Origin: an uncultured archaeon
GTDB taxonomy: Archaea; Asgardarchaeota; Thorarchaeia; Thorarchaeales; Thorarchaeaceae
Assembly: GCA_964558645.1 (NCBI GenBank)
Contig: CAZLEV010000002.1
Location: forward strand, 192,001-256,000
Length of the DNA: 64,000 bases
Direction of reading: 5' to 3'
This document shows positions 9,651 to 20,556 of the stretch, piece by piece (the stretch's first letter is position 1; each line of letters opens with the position of its first letter). The position numbers were made by a program, and so were the translations under genes. The notes beneath the pieces were generated by a model. The model saw only the letters and a list, made by a program, of their open reading frames with translations. It was not told where the DNA came from and did not search any database.

Positions 9651-10145
9651 TTATGCCGTCACAACCAAGGATCCACAGGGATCGGCATCACCCGAGCCGC
9701 CAGGCGGGTCAAAGGTGTATTCAGCTGCGCAGTATGCAACTCCCCCAGTGTAAGAAACGATCTCGACCGAGAAGGTGTAGTCCCCACTCTCCGTAGCATG
9801 ATTGTAGAAGTACATCACGCAGTGCAGCAACTCCAGGCGGGTATTGACCACATAGGCATACGAGTATACTGTGCCAGACGGAAGGGTTAGAGATGTATAC
9901 ACGTCAAATGTATATCGTGACTGGCCCGATAGCGTGATGTCGAAGAATCCGACAACATCGTCTTCTAGCCCATCATCATCGGCATCACAGTAGTATGCGT
10001 CAGTGATCTCAAGCGTGATGGAGACCTGTTCGTTGGTGCTCTGCGTTGTCGCTGTAGAGGCAGAAACTACAGGTAAGATTGAAACTAGACCCACACACAG
10101 CATGAGGATCAGAACAGAACGGATTAGCACTGTAGTTTTTCTCAT
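9651..10145 (-). CDS. Hypothetical secreted protein
   Basis: Signal peptide from ATG 10145 (track extends to 10202); DADDDGLEDD Ca-loop-like motif. Confidence 0.7.
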   Translation of the reverse strand: MRKTTVLIRSVLILMLCVGLVSILPVVSASTATTQSTNEQVSITLEITDAYYCDADDDGLEDDVVGFFDITLSGQSRYTFDVYTSLTLPSGTVYSYAYVVNTRLELLHCVMYFYNHATESGDYTFSVEIVSYTGGVAYCAAEYTFDPPGGSGDADPCGSLVVTA

Positions 10146-10290
10146 AAGAATCAGGCAGAGTTGCGCAGAATGTGATATAAATTCTTTGAGAGCCAGCTTC
10201 ATAATGTACCCAATGCTGAAGGTCGAGTCCCCCCTCCTTACTGAAACTGAATGACTACCTCACGGAGGCAGCAGTAATCTCGTGCCGTTC

Positions 10291-10854
10291 TCAGCCGCTC
10301 TGTGGTACGGTGAAGGTCCTGCTGACCGGTTCAAGAGTGAGATCCACGACGGGGTTGTCGAAGCCGGGAGGAGTGACCTTGACAGCGATGGTGATGGTCA
10401 GGTGAAACTCGCCACCTGTCGTGAGTCCATCCTCTGGACCAAGAAGAGTCATGACTTCTTTAGCACCCGTCCCTCTTAGACTACCCGGAGTCAGGACAAA
10501 GACCAGACTAGTGTTTGCCGGGGTTGTAAGATTGAAGGTTATGGTTATCTCAACAATGGCTCCCTCTTGGTCGTCGTCTCCGCTCACTTGAGTCCTTCCG
10601 GTGTTCCTCGCCAGCATGTACTCGTACGGGTTCATTGTGGTGACATCTACGTCAACATCTGTCAACCCTACGTTGAATACAGGAGCCTGCTTCGAATCAA
10701 TATCCGATAGCGATGCGGTAGCCAAGGGTGAGGAGACTGATAGCCCAAGAGAAACCTGTGCAACATCCACGTTCGTTCCGTAAATGGCAATCGGCAGAAT
10801 CACCAACGCGGCAAGAACAATCACCAGAACTATACCAGCTTTCTTCTTCAACAT
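10291..10854 (-). CDS. Hypothetical secreted/membrane-anchored protein
   Basis: KKK + hydrophobic signal, beta-rich body. Confidence 0.75.
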   Translation of the reverse strand: MLKKKAGIVLVIVLAALVILPIAIYGTNVDVAQVSLGLSVSSPLATASLSDIDSKQAPVFNVGLTDVDVDVTTMNPYEYMLARNTGRTQVSGDDDQEGAIVEITITFNLTTPANTSLVFVLTPGSLRGTGAKEVMTLLGPEDGLTTGGEFHLTITIAVKVTPPGFDNPVVDLTLEPVSRTFTVPQSG

Positions 10855-10980
10855 GCATTCATTCCTTGACGTTCGAAATCTACAGGATACAGTTGGTAGA
10901 ATGAGTTATAAAACTTGAGGCCAGTAGATTAATATTCCACCCACCTTTTAGCCAGAACAACATTTTTGGAGAGACACGGT

Positions 10981-12291
10981 ATGGCGCATAAGGTGAGAAG
11001 AAATGTGCTGTTTGTCATCGCGCTGTTTCTCTGTGCTATGGTTGTTGGTATTGACAGCTGTACTGCATGGAGTAATGGCGGGAAAAGCACCAGTGAGAGT
11101 AACCCTGACTACGGAACACATGATCAGTTCGCCAAATATGGGATGATCTATGTGAAAGAAGACTTCCCCCATCTGGTCACATGGCTGGAGGAAGACTTGG
11201 CTGAGTACTACTACTGGACGGAAGTACCCGATATGGTCTACCAAGACTGGACCAATCACAACTACGACTTTGGTGACTACGGATATTGCGGTGGTCCACC
11301 GGACCGGGGCGGCCCGCAGGCAGTGCAGAACTGCTATGACTGGACAGTCGGCAATCTGACTCTATGGGTCGGACAGGGACAGCCGGCGGATTCGCAATAT
11401 GCATCTGATGCACGAAAATCCATGGGCCTTCTGACACACTATCTGTCGGATTTGTCCAATCCAATGCATACTGACGATGATGCAACCGACTCAGGCAAAG
11501 AGCACGAGGATTACTCAGGGCGAATTGGGAACTACATGTATCGAATGAGCTATCACAGCTGCCACGAGAAAGCCACCGACAGAGCTCTTGAAGCCTACGA
11601 GTACGAGTTCAATGCAATCCGACCAGATGTCACCCAGCCACTTCAAAACGACAATGCACACGACGAGGCCTTGTGGTGTGCCGAATTCGCCAATATGGGC
11701 GCAGACAGAACTGGTAGGACCACTGGATACGAGGGACAGGATGTAGGGGACCATTATCAGGAGTTTCTAGAAGAGATTGTCTATAGCTTCACGAACAAGA
11801 TCTGCACAACCCACCACGGGATTACCGTGGAGGGAACAACTGATCAGCTCTATGCCTGGAATGTTGAGGTCATGCAGCTCGGTGCGAGCTCCATTGGAAG
11901 AATCATCTACCACGCCTCTACCGAGGCAGGAGTCACCGGCGATGGAGGCGGAGAGCCTTCAGAACCTGGTACTATGTATGTGTCTGACATCTCCTGGAAT
12001 AAGAAGACCGTGAGAGGGAGATATCCTCGAACGGACTTAGAGTGCTTCGTCACTATCCTCGATACCTCAGGAAATCCTGTCGAAGGTGCAGATGTCACGA
12101 TTGATTGGACACACCCCGATGGAACGGTGATTACCCTGACAGCCACAACCGATGCCAGTGGCGTTGCCTCATTTGTGCAGCAAGATGTGCAAGCGGGAAC
12201 GCATACAGTGACGGTTGTTGATGTTGTCAAGACAGACTGGATCTACGACTCATCCCTGAACGTAGAAACCACCGACTCCTACGAAGTATAA
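10981..12291 (+). CDS. Secreted zinc-dependent phospholipase C / S1-P1 nuclease family protein with C-terminal Ig-like domain
   Basis: Signal peptide then mature W-S-N-G...THD, VPD, HYLSDLSNPMH, HSCHE zinc ligands; GNPVEGADV...TTDASG Ig-like tail. Confidence 0.82.
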   Translation: MAHKVRRNVLFVIALFLCAMVVGIDSCTAWSNGGKSTSESNPDYGTHDQFAKYGMIYVKEDFPHLVTWLEEDLAEYYYWTEVPDMVYQDWTNHNYDFGDYGYCGGPPDRGGPQAVQNCYDWTVGNLTLWVGQGQPADSQYASDARKSMGLLTHYLSDLSNPMHTDDDATDSGKEHEDYSGRIGNYMYRMSYHSCHEKATDRALEAYEYEFNAIRPDVTQPLQNDNAHDEALWCAEFANMGADRTGRTTGYEGQDVGDHYQEFLEEIVYSFTNKICTTHHGITVEGTTDQLYAWNVEVMQLGASSIGRIIYHASTEAGVTGDGGGEPSEPGTMYVSDISWNKKTVRGRYPRTDLECFVTILDTSGNPVEGADVTIDWTHPDGTVITLTATTDASGVASFVQQDVQAGTHTVTVVDVVKTDWIYDSSLNVETTDSYEV

Positions 12292-12299
12292 CTAGAATT

Positions 12300-12362
12300 G
12301 CACGAGAGAAGTCTTTGTCTCTCGTGCCTATACTCTTTCTTCCTGTTTTCACTTCTTTGTTC
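12300..12362 (+). terminator. Hairpin + T-rich terminator
   Basis: GCACGAGAGA/TCTCTCGTGC 10-bp stem just after the stop, followed by a pyrimidine tract. Confidence 0.6.
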
Positions 12363-12525
12363 AGTGTCTACGGAGTCCCATTGTATCTACAAATCGGGTT
12401 GAATATTATATATAGAAAATTAGTACTTTCTTAATTTTTTACCCAACATTTATATCGTAGAGTTCGTTCCGAGTTGTGTCTTGAAAAATGAATTCTTGAA
12501 ATTCGCCAAGACAGGAGACTGAAAA

Positions 12526-13566
12526 GTGAAAGCAAAGGTTTTTGCCGCAGTGATTCTATTCTTTCTGGTCGTCCCGCTCGTACCGCTTGTATACAATACA
12601 ACGGAAGCGCTGGACGAGGGGTTCACGTTGTATCCAGGACCCCCATCTTGGATAGGTGGTGGCGACGATACAACGTACGAATGGCAGGACGATGACCCTG
12701 AGACCCCCTGGGGCATTGAACGTGTGTTCAATGGGAACTATGATGGTGATCAGTATACAACACCAGTCCAAGTAGCGATACTGGACTCAGGCATCGATCT
12801 GGACCATCCCGACCTTGAGCCGAACATCGCGTGGGCTGTTGATGCGACAGGAAAGGGTGATCCTGACGATAAGAACGGACATGGCACCCATGTTGCAGGC
12901 ACCATCGGGGCAATACGCGACAATGCAGGTGTTGTCGGAATGTATGCCTATGTCGAGATTTACGCCATCAAGGTTCTTGGTGCCGGGGGAAGAGGAGATT
13001 GGAACGACCTCATTACAGCAATATATCTGGCCTGTGCCGGGCCTGATGGTGTAGAAGGTAATGAGGATGACGCCGATGTCATCAGCATGAGCCTAGGAGC
13101 ATCGTCAGCACCAGCAGAGGTGCATGACGCCATCAAACATGCATACAATCTTGGAATTGTACTCGTGGCGGCCGCTGGCAACGAGGGAGACGGGGACCCG
13201 AGTACAGAAGAGATCTCCTATCCGGCCTACTATGCAGAGGTGATCGCGGTCGGCGCGACAAGCAAAGATGACGCAATAGCCTCGTGGTCAAACACTGGTT
13301 CATACCTTGAGCTGGCAGCACCGGGGGTGTCTATCTACAGCACCTACAAGGGCGGAGGGTACGATACTCTCTCAGGTACCTCAATGGCGTGCCCACACGT
13401 ATCCGGGCTTGTTGCACTTGTAATCGCAATCAACGGAAAGATGCCCGTCGGCACGTTCGATGACACCAGCAAGACTACCATTCGGGGCTACCTACATAGC
13501 ACCGCATTAGACTTGGGTCCATCAGGATGGGACCCAGCCTATGGATGGGGCTTGATTCAGAGATAG
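12526..13566 (+). CDS. Subtilisin-like S8 serine protease
   Basis: Catalytic ILDSGID, HGTHVAG, AAGN, GTSMACPHVSG; signal peptide. Confidence 0.95.
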   Translation: MKAKVFAAVILFFLVVPLVPLVYNTTEALDEGFTLYPGPPSWIGGGDDTTYEWQDDDPETPWGIERVFNGNYDGDQYTTPVQVAILDSGIDLDHPDLEPNIAWAVDATGKGDPDDKNGHGTHVAGTIGAIRDNAGVVGMYAYVEIYAIKVLGAGGRGDWNDLITAIYLACAGPDGVEGNEDDADVISMSLGASSAPAEVHDAIKHAYNLGIVLVAAAGNEGDGDPSTEEISYPAYYAEVIAVGATSKDDAIASWSNTGSYLELAAPGVSIYSTYKGGGYDTLSGTSMACPHVSGLVALVIAINGKMPVGTFDDTSKTTIRGYLHSTALDLGPSGWDPAYGWGLIQR

Positions 13567-13722
13567 AACTGACACAAAACAGGCAGGCGGTGGCCATCAC
13601 ATCGGTCTTGGCCATCCCTGCACTCATTTTCTTGTGAACAGCATGACATCCTCTGGGAATCTGAAACGTGGTTGCCTACTCAGTTGGAACAGATCTCTTA
13701 GATGTATATTCGCCAGAGGTCT

Positions 13723-15285
13723 TCAGCTACCGCCGTCGCGAGTTTGTCTTGACCTAGACCATGCTTCTCCCAATGGGGGGAGCGCATCAATTGCTTTTTT
13801 TACGGAACGCAACAGCTCCAGCTCGAATCGCGGTTGGAGGTATTCACCAACCATTCGTAGGACAGCCCTCAGGGAACTCTGAGTTCTTGAAATTCTCCGA
13901 TCTAGATACCATGTGCGTGCTGTAGACTTCGTGCGTTCTAGATATCGCTCCAAGTCTTCTCGGAGCTTGTCGATCCTCTTGGCAAAGAACCTTTGAACAA
14001 ATACATCTTGTCCTACACCCGGAATCCTGAGTATTTTGACTACCACACTCTGCGAGGATTTGTCGTTGCCTATGCGCTTGAGTATCACCGAGAGGTTTTC
14101 CTTAATGGCCTTGACTCCTGCACAGCCCAAATCCGTCATTACTGACACGGCCGCTCTCACAACCGGGCGACTACTATGTTTTAGAAACGGAGCGATGCGT
14201 TCCAGCAATACGTTTCGAGTCTGTGAGCCGAGAGCGTGGATTGCTGCTGCTTTAACGGTGTTCCCTCCTTTCTCAATGATGTCAATGAGGACAGCCTCAG
14301 CCTTCTCCGAGCAGATGCCTCCAATGGCACCGATTACGGCCCGGTCATATTTGGTGATGTTTCTCCGCGAGATCTTAACATTATCCCTCAGGATAGGCAA
14401 TGAGTCACCATGACCCACCTTGCCCAGAGCCTTAACGATACGCATTCGGACTCTCCTATTCTTCTCGACATCGAGAGCGTGATGTAGAAACGGCAACGCC
14501 CTCGAGTCCTCAGTAGCACCCAAGGCAGCAGCAGCCGACCCACGGTTGCCCGGGGCTTTATAGAGAGCGATGCGAACGGCGTTGGCCAGAATGCGGGCTG
14601 TTATGGGCGTGCACCTGCTCTTGAAGACCCGGCTGCTTCCAAGAGTGCGATACGACTTGTCCATTTCTACCTCTTCTGCAAACTCTCGTGTGATTCCCCT
14701 CACGGCATCTGCTGCCGAGTCAGTGATCTTCTCGTCAAGCCAGGTTCTTCGCCCCCAGTAGCGATATCTATACCTCCCCTGCTGCCCTGTTGGATCGCCA
14801 AGAGTTCGTGAGCCATCAGTCATGAGTATCATGAAACCGTAGAAGGTGCCCAGAACGTCAATCCGTGATGGGCGATTACCTAGCTCAGCCAGCTCCCTCT
14901 GTCTTGCGTCAAGGATCTCCTTTGCCAGTATGATGTAGGGAGTTTCCACCATTGCCTCTAGATCGAGAAAGTACGTGTGTCTGTTCTCTATCTGCTCTCT
15001 GAGAATATCGATAACGCGCTCGACCGCATTTGCTTGCGCTTGCTGGAGAGATGCCCCCTCAAGGTCCGAGAGCTTCTTGAATAGAAGCGTGTCTGTCCCT
15101 CCAACCGCTTCGAGCTCCAAGAGAGAAACGACTGCGTCTCTGCCCCTCCCACGAGAATCAGTCTGTTCGATATCATTCAAGAGGCTAGGCCAGTCACTAG
15201 TCTTCAAGTATTCCTGAGAATATTCTCTCAGCTTGTCGTATTCTCGATGCACAACAAGCTCTGCGACTCTCACGTCGGCCACCAT
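13723..15285 (-). CDS. HEAT-repeat protein
   Basis: Repeated A..ALG...D.RALP.L, VRMRIVKALGKVG, VKAAAIHALG, VVRAAV units. Confidence 0.8.
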   Translation of the reverse strand: MVADVRVAELVVHREYDKLREYSQEYLKTSDWPSLLNDIEQTDSRGRGRDAVVSLLELEAVGGTDTLLFKKLSDLEGASLQQAQANAVERVIDILREQIENRHTYFLDLEAMVETPYIILAKEILDARQRELAELGNRPSRIDVLGTFYGFMILMTDGSRTLGDPTGQQGRYRYRYWGRRTWLDEKITDSAADAVRGITREFAEEVEMDKSYRTLGSSRVFKSRCTPITARILANAVRIALYKAPGNRGSAAAALGATEDSRALPFLHHALDVEKNRRVRMRIVKALGKVGHGDSLPILRDNVKISRRNITKYDRAVIGAIGGICSEKAEAVLIDIIEKGGNTVKAAAIHALGSQTRNVLLERIAPFLKHSSRPVVRAAVSVMTDLGCAGVKAIKENLSVILKRIGNDKSSQSVVVKILRIPGVGQDVFVQRFFAKRIDKLREDLERYLERTKSTARTWYLDRRISRTQSSLRAVLRMVGEYLQPRFELELLRSVKKAIDALPPLGEAWSRSRQTRDGGS

Positions 15286-15954
15286 ATCTCCCTATCATCG
15301 TTCCCCATGTTGGTATATTAACTCCCTCAGAATAGTGGTTTCCGAGATGATTCCTTCCGGTACATCTCTTGAGAGACAGCTTCATACTTCGACACCAACT
15401 GACAGTAAGAACTGTCCCGGGACAATCCGCGAACATGATAGTTCTGCAAACCATAGGCAGCCATCTGGTCCATTCTTCTTCTAAATGCAGGACCCATGAA
15501 TAGACCAGAATATGGATGAGTGAGACAGCTCCGAGCTCTCTCACTCATTGATCTCAATCGAACCACTTCTTGTTCAGGCTCTGTGGCATCCCTTTCAGAG
15601 TGCTGACTTCCTCGTCTTCGTATCGTAGCAATGACGACGAGGATTACAACCACACCAACAGGGCTGCTGCTGCTTTCCTCTTCTTTATGGTGGGGGTTTG
15701 CCTTTTTGGAACTAATGTCCTAATCATATTTGTTCCTATTCTCAATATTGTTACGATACGAGTTATTCGAATAGACGGCCAGCAGTTGGATTGATGGCAG
15801 CTCATCTCCGTCGGTGCGACCTCACAACAGGACTAGAAGAGAAACATCCCCACTCAGTCGAAGTAGAACGGCAAGATCCTGTGCATTGCCGTACCGCGTA
15901 GTTTTATTAGAAAAGTATGTGAATAGTAAAACGAACTATTGACGAGGTGATGCA

Positions 15955-16332
15955 TTGGCTACTGGTCTTGATGCCCCCCGCCCGGATCCGATAGAGCTGG
16001 ACATCATCAAGTCTTTCGGATGGGCAATTCTGGTCACTGAGGAACTCCTGTATGAGAGGTTCCTGCATATGTCAGCCAAGCGATCAGTGATGACCATAGA
16101 TGAATTCAGAAAGCATCTCCGACAAATGGAGGCCAAAGGTCTTGTTTCGGAAGAGAATCTTCATGGAAAGCGCGCATACCGCCTTCAGGTGATACCTGAG
16201 AGAATCGACCGAGGTGCCAGGCCACAGACACCTCTTGATGAGATGCGATTAGTAGCCGGGTCTCTGGCGGCGGCTATGAAGGATAAGAAGAGGAAGGACA
16301 CTACTCGAGAGAAGGAAACCTCAGCGAAATAG
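15955..16332 (+). CDS. Hypothetical winged-helix-like protein
   Basis: TTG after GAGGTGA; EFRKHLRQMEAKGLVSE recognition-helix/wing pattern. Confidence 0.65.
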   Translation: MATGLDAPRPDPIELDIIKSFGWAILVTEELLYERFLHMSAKRSVMTIDEFRKHLRQMEAKGLVSEENLHGKRAYRLQVIPERIDRGARPQTPLDEMRLVAGSLAAAMKDKKRKDTTREKETSAK

Positions 16333-16508
16333 GACCGCTCGGAGTAGCTATTGGATATGGTATCTTATTCGAAGCCATCAAGCGTCCTTCTACACAGTCT
16401 AAGGTGATTCAACGTATCAAACGAAACCAGCCGGAGTACATCGGGAAAACGAACTCTATCTCGATCATGAGATGCTTGTACGATTTAGAGCTAATCTTCG
16501 ATTCAAGC

Positions 16509-16552
16509 AAAAAAAAGAGAGAAGGAGGTTCAAGCTACACCTGCTTGAACCT
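16509..16552 (-). terminator. Hairpin + T8 terminator of the Liv/acyl-CoA operon
   Basis: AGGTTCAAGC/GCTTGAACCT 10-bp stem; A8 on + strand (T8 on -) downstream of the SBP stop. Confidence 0.7.
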
Positions 16553-16565
16553 TTCAGATGTTAGT

Positions 16566-17999
16566 CTAAGTTCCTCGAGATTTACCTATCCAGACTATGA
16601 CAACTATCGCCACAACAGCAACAACCACAACCAGCCCAATGGTCAAGGGATCAATGGGTAGTGAGGGTGGTTCGGTTGGCGTGTACCCGGATTCGATTGG
16701 AGGTGCCACGACGTCCCGATGGAGGGTCTCAACATGCTTTGCAATGATGAAGCCTTCTGTTTCAGAGCCGGTACGATCGTCTTTCCAAGCCTCTGCGATA
16801 TACATCTCTGCCAGACCCTGGTGGTCTTCTGGTCGAAGGTACGTTGGCCCCTTCGGGCAGTCAATCGTGAGACCGCTCTCGAGATGCGTTATCATGTTCG
16901 CAGTGTTGAGATCAGGAACGGCATTGGTCACATTCACCAAGAACTGAGCGGTGGCAAACGCGCTGGCAGTGAATAGCTCCGGTACACGATAGGGGAGTCC
17001 AAAAGCTCCGTTCGGTTTGATATTCCTGAGTACGTGTTGTTCCACCATCCAGTCATTGACATCATTGTCAGGCAATTCATAACCGTAAACAGAGAGGCCA
17101 GTCGCTCCCTCGTAGGTAGCGGGGGGTGTCAGTGATGCTTCAATTGCGTTCATAGAGAGTATGTCGATACATGCTCCAGAGACCTCCATGTAGGAAGCAA
17201 TGTCGTAGGTCAGCAGATCCGAGTACAATGCCGAAAAGCTCCCTGCCCAGATGATGAAGAGGTAGTCTATTCCAAATGACGCATCAGCCGCCAGAAGGTT
17301 GGTCAAATACGGACCAAAATCGGTAGTCGTGAGGGGTGCGTACTGAATGCTGCTAACAGACCCACCTTTCTCTTCGATCACCGACTTCATCGACTCGACG
17401 CCACTGTATCCAAAGGAGTAGTCAGCAGCTAGGAATCCGAACTTGCTGTGATTGAGTATATCCATAGCATATGTGACGCCTGCATAGGCATCATGCCAGT
17501 TATTACGAGCAAGACGGAAGATATAGGGATTGAAGTTCTCTCCGGTCAGGGAAATATCAGCGGCTGGTGTGATGAAGTACAGCTTCTGATATTCTTCTGC
17601 GAGCGGCGAGATTGCCGCAGCAACGCTGCTATAGGTTCCTCCAACGAGGATATCGATGCCGTCTGTTTCAATGGCAGTCGTCACAAGTGATGCTGCTTCA
17701 GTCACTGAACCCTTCGTATCATAGTACGTGACCTCATAGGGTCGCCCTGCCGCAGTCTTGTTCTCGTTGTCATAACCCATCTCCGTGGTAGCATATATCA
17801 TTCCCAACTCGAAGCCCTGTTTTGTCCATGGTGCATAGAAGGAAAGACCGGCTGTAGTGAAGGGTGCAAAGACCCCAATCTTGATTGGATCTGTGTCTTG
17901 TGCAACAGTTGGTCTTACCATAAATGCGGGTAGAAACACGGACGCTAACAGTAGTATCGAGAGAGAAATGGTAAGCACTCTAATCTTTTTCATGTTCAA
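16566..17999 (-). CDS. Liv-family ABC transporter substrate-binding protein, C-terminal TM anchor
   Basis: IKIGVFAP, YDTKG, ADYSFG, RPEDHQ; signal peptide and C-terminal TM. Confidence 0.9.
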   Translation of the reverse strand: MNMKKIRVLTISLSILLLASVFLPAFMVRPTVAQDTDPIKIGVFAPFTTAGLSFYAPWTKQGFELGMIYATTEMGYDNENKTAAGRPYEVTYYDTKGSVTEAASLVTTAIETDGIDILVGGTYSSVAAAISPLAEEYQKLYFITPAADISLTGENFNPYIFRLARNNWHDAYAGVTYAMDILNHSKFGFLAADYSFGYSGVESMKSVIEEKGGSVSSIQYAPLTTTDFGPYLTNLLAADASFGIDYLFIIWAGSFSALYSDLLTYDIASYMEVSGACIDILSMNAIEASLTPPATYEGATGLSVYGYELPDNDVNDWMVEQHVLRNIKPNGAFGLPYRVPELFTASAFATAQFLVNVTNAVPDLNTANMITHLESGLTIDCPKGPTYLRPEDHQGLAEMYIAEAWKDDRTGSETEGFIIAKHVETLHRDVVAPPIESGYTPTEPPSLPIDPLTIGLVVVVAVVAIVVIVWIGKSRGT

Positions 18000-18126
18000 T
18001 TCTCCCAGAGTCCCGGCATGGATAGTTCCATGCCTTTCTGTACATACAAGTCAACCAAGTATATATCTCTTGAGTAGAATGGGGAGGAACAACAGTTTGA
18101 GAGAATTTCTTCTGGATTAGACGAGT

Positions 18127-18921
18127 TCATTCTCGGAGCTTGCGCAAGAAGCCAAGAGTGATGCTATTGAACTCTTCGGGCTGTTCAAATGTAATAGCGT
18201 GGCCCGAGTTTGGCACAATAGTTATCTCTGAGTTGGGTATTCTGTCGTGAATCGTCTTAGAATACGGGTAGGCGGGTTTCAGGATGTCTTGCTCACCAGC
18301 AATGACACAAGTAGGTATATTGATCTCGGGCAGCTGCTCCGTGATATCAAGCTCCAGAAAGGCATCTAGCAATCGTATAAGAGCAGGATAGTTCAAGCCA
18401 GCATAGCGTTCCTTTGCCTTCTCTAGAATGGCCGTCTGTTCGCGGATGAAGGATTCTCCGAAATTCAAGGGCACCGTAGCGTGATAGAAGAGGTCAGGGT
18501 CCTCCAGCACACAGGCATAACGCCACAGCTGACACATCTCACGGAGAAGGGGTCCAATATAGGAAACAGCACTACAGGCAACTAGGCTCTTCACTGTACG
18601 AGGATATTTCAACGCGAAGATCAGACCCAGTTCTGCTCCGTAGCTGATTCCAACATGATGTACCATAGAGATGCCAAGCTCTTCGAGTAGAGCCTTCTGG
18701 TCCTCTGCATGGATATCGAATGAATAGGGCTCTTCTGGCTTGTCGCTCTGTCCTTGTCCACGCATGTCATACAGGATGACCTGGTACTCTTTGGAAAACA
18801 CTGGAAGCTGATTCACCCACCCGAGTGTATTTGAAAAGATACCATTCCCGAAGATGACAGGTTCGCCTTCACCGTGGACTTCATAGTAGATGTGTATTCC
18901 ATTCACCTTGCTTAACGGCAT
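18127..18921 (-). CDS. Alpha/beta hydrolase
   Basis: DMRGQGQS, nucleophile GISYG, GEQD, SGH. Confidence 0.92.
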   Translation of the reverse strand: MPLSKVNGIHIYYEVHGEGEPVIFGNGIFSNTLGWVNQLPVFSKEYQVILYDMRGQGQSDKPEEPYSFDIHAEDQKALLEELGISMVHHVGISYGAELGLIFALKYPRTVKSLVACSAVSYIGPLLREMCQLWRYACVLEDPDLFYHATVPLNFGESFIREQTAILEKAKERYAGLNYPALIRLLDAFLELDITEQLPEINIPTCVIAGEQDILKPAYPYSKTIHDRIPNSEITIVPNSGHAITFEQPEEFNSITLGFLRKLRE

Positions 18922-18923
18922 AG

Positions 18924-20477
18924 CTACTCCTCCTGGCCGAAATCCTTCCTCAGTTCTCGCTTCAGAATCTTACCCGCACCTGAGATATAGGGGGCGAAAC
19001 TATCCACAAAGACTACTGACTTGGGTATCTTGAATTTTGCGAGTCTTCCTTTGCAGAAGTCGATTATCTCCTCCTCTGTGGCATCCTGTCCGGATTCGAG
19101 GACAACAAGAGCGCGTCCTACTTCACCCCATTTAGCATGGGGAACGCCAATGACCTGCACCTCGGCAATCTTCGGATGCTCTTCCAGAAGTTTCTCAATC
19201 TCTCGAGGATAGACGTTTTCCCCCCCGGAGATGAACATATCCTTCACCCGGTCTACCACGTAGTAGAATCCTTCGTCATCGAAGTAGACCATATCGCCTG
19301 TCCTAAACCATCCGCCTTCATCTAAGAGAGTCTTGTTGAGTTCTGGGCGGTTCCAGTATCCTATAGTGACCGTGGGACCTTTGAATAGAAGTTCACCAAC
19401 CTCGTTTGCGCCACACTCCTTAGCTGTTTCAGGGTCAACTACTTTCGCATCAATGAAGAAGTTGGGGGTTCCAATACTCCCAATCTTCTCCTCAGCATGC
19501 CACGGATCTAGAGCGAAGCAGCCAGGTCCAACCTCAGTCATCCCGAAGCCCTGTTTGAATCTGACTCCGTGTACCTTCTGGTACGTTCTGATGAGGTCAA
19601 GTGGAAGAGGCTCGCCGCCCGATGTCAGAAACCTGACACTGCTGAAGTCAACTGATTCAAAGTCCGGATGGTTCATCAACATTCGATATTGTGTCGGAAC
19701 GGCGAAGAAGAAATTGGGGCGCTCGTTGTTGATGATGTCTATCAGGGCATCTACGTCCCATCGTTCCATCTGTATTACCTTCCCCCCCAGAATAAAGAGC
19801 GGGATTGCGTAGACATACAGTCCTCCGACATGAAAGAGTGGAAGGTGGTTGATGTAGACATCGCCGGGGAGGATGTCGCGGATGGTGTTGAGCGTGTTGA
19901 AGGCAACATGCCTATAGGTGATCATAGCACCTTTCGGCAGGCCTGTGGTCCCGCCTGTATAGACTATTCCCATGGCATCTTCATAAGAGAGGTCCACTGT
20001 TTCAGGAGGACTGGTTGGTGAATCCGTCACGCTTTCTTCATAGCTCAGAGATTCGTTCAGCTCAGATCCAGTTCTGTCTAATGCCACCCAGTGCTCTACG
20101 CTTACCCTGTCTTGTAGAGCGGATACCACTTCGGCCACATTCGAGTCGTGGAACAAGACGGTGGGCGCAAGGTCATCAATTAGGCCTGCTAATTCTCGTG
20201 CCACCAGACGCCAGTTGAGAGGACTGAAGATGCCCCCGCACTTCTGACATCCAAAGAACGCCTCCCAATACTCCAAGCTATTATGTGCGAGGATGCAGAG
20301 CCGATTCCCCTTTTGCAATCCGGTATCTTTTTGCAGGAAATTGGCGACCTGATTCGCTCGCCTGTTGAACTCTCTGTAGGTGTATCTCTTTCCACTGCCA
20401 ATATCAACAATAGCTTCAGCCTCAGGCGAGAAGACTTCTCTTTTGGATAGATAGTCGAACTGATTGGCCATTGACAT
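18924..20477 (-). CDS. Long-chain fatty acid--CoA ligase (AMP-binding)
   Basis: YTGGTTGLPKG, GFGMTE, FRTGD, SGGENVYP, GKILK. Confidence 0.93.
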   Translation of the reverse strand: MSMANQFDYLSKREVFSPEAEAIVDIGSGKRYTYREFNRRANQVANFLQKDTGLQKGNRLCILAHNSLEYWEAFFGCQKCGGIFSPLNWRLVARELAGLIDDLAPTVLFHDSNVAEVVSALQDRVSVEHWVALDRTGSELNESLSYEESVTDSPTSPPETVDLSYEDAMGIVYTGGTTGLPKGAMITYRHVAFNTLNTIRDILPGDVYINHLPLFHVGGLYVYAIPLFILGGKVIQMERWDVDALIDIINNERPNFFFAVPTQYRMLMNHPDFESVDFSSVRFLTSGGEPLPLDLIRTYQKVHGVRFKQGFGMTEVGPGCFALDPWHAEEKIGSIGTPNFFIDAKVVDPETAKECGANEVGELLFKGPTVTIGYWNRPELNKTLLDEGGWFRTGDMVYFDDEGFYYVVDRVKDMFISGGENVYPREIEKLLEEHPKIAEVQVIGVPHAKWGEVGRALVVLESGQDATEEEIIDFCKGRLAKFKIPKSVVFVDSFAPYISGAGKILKRELRKDFGQEE

Positions 20478-20556
20478 CCCTTCGAGAGAGATTTAGTTTT
20501 CGACGTAATGATACAATCTCTCCATGTACTCAATGACCAAAGGGGCTGAAAACTCT

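Noticed and set aside
15327-15830. Possible degraded membrane-protein gene (VGVVVILVVIATIRRR)
   Set aside because: In-frame stops upstream, no clear start and no recognisable family.
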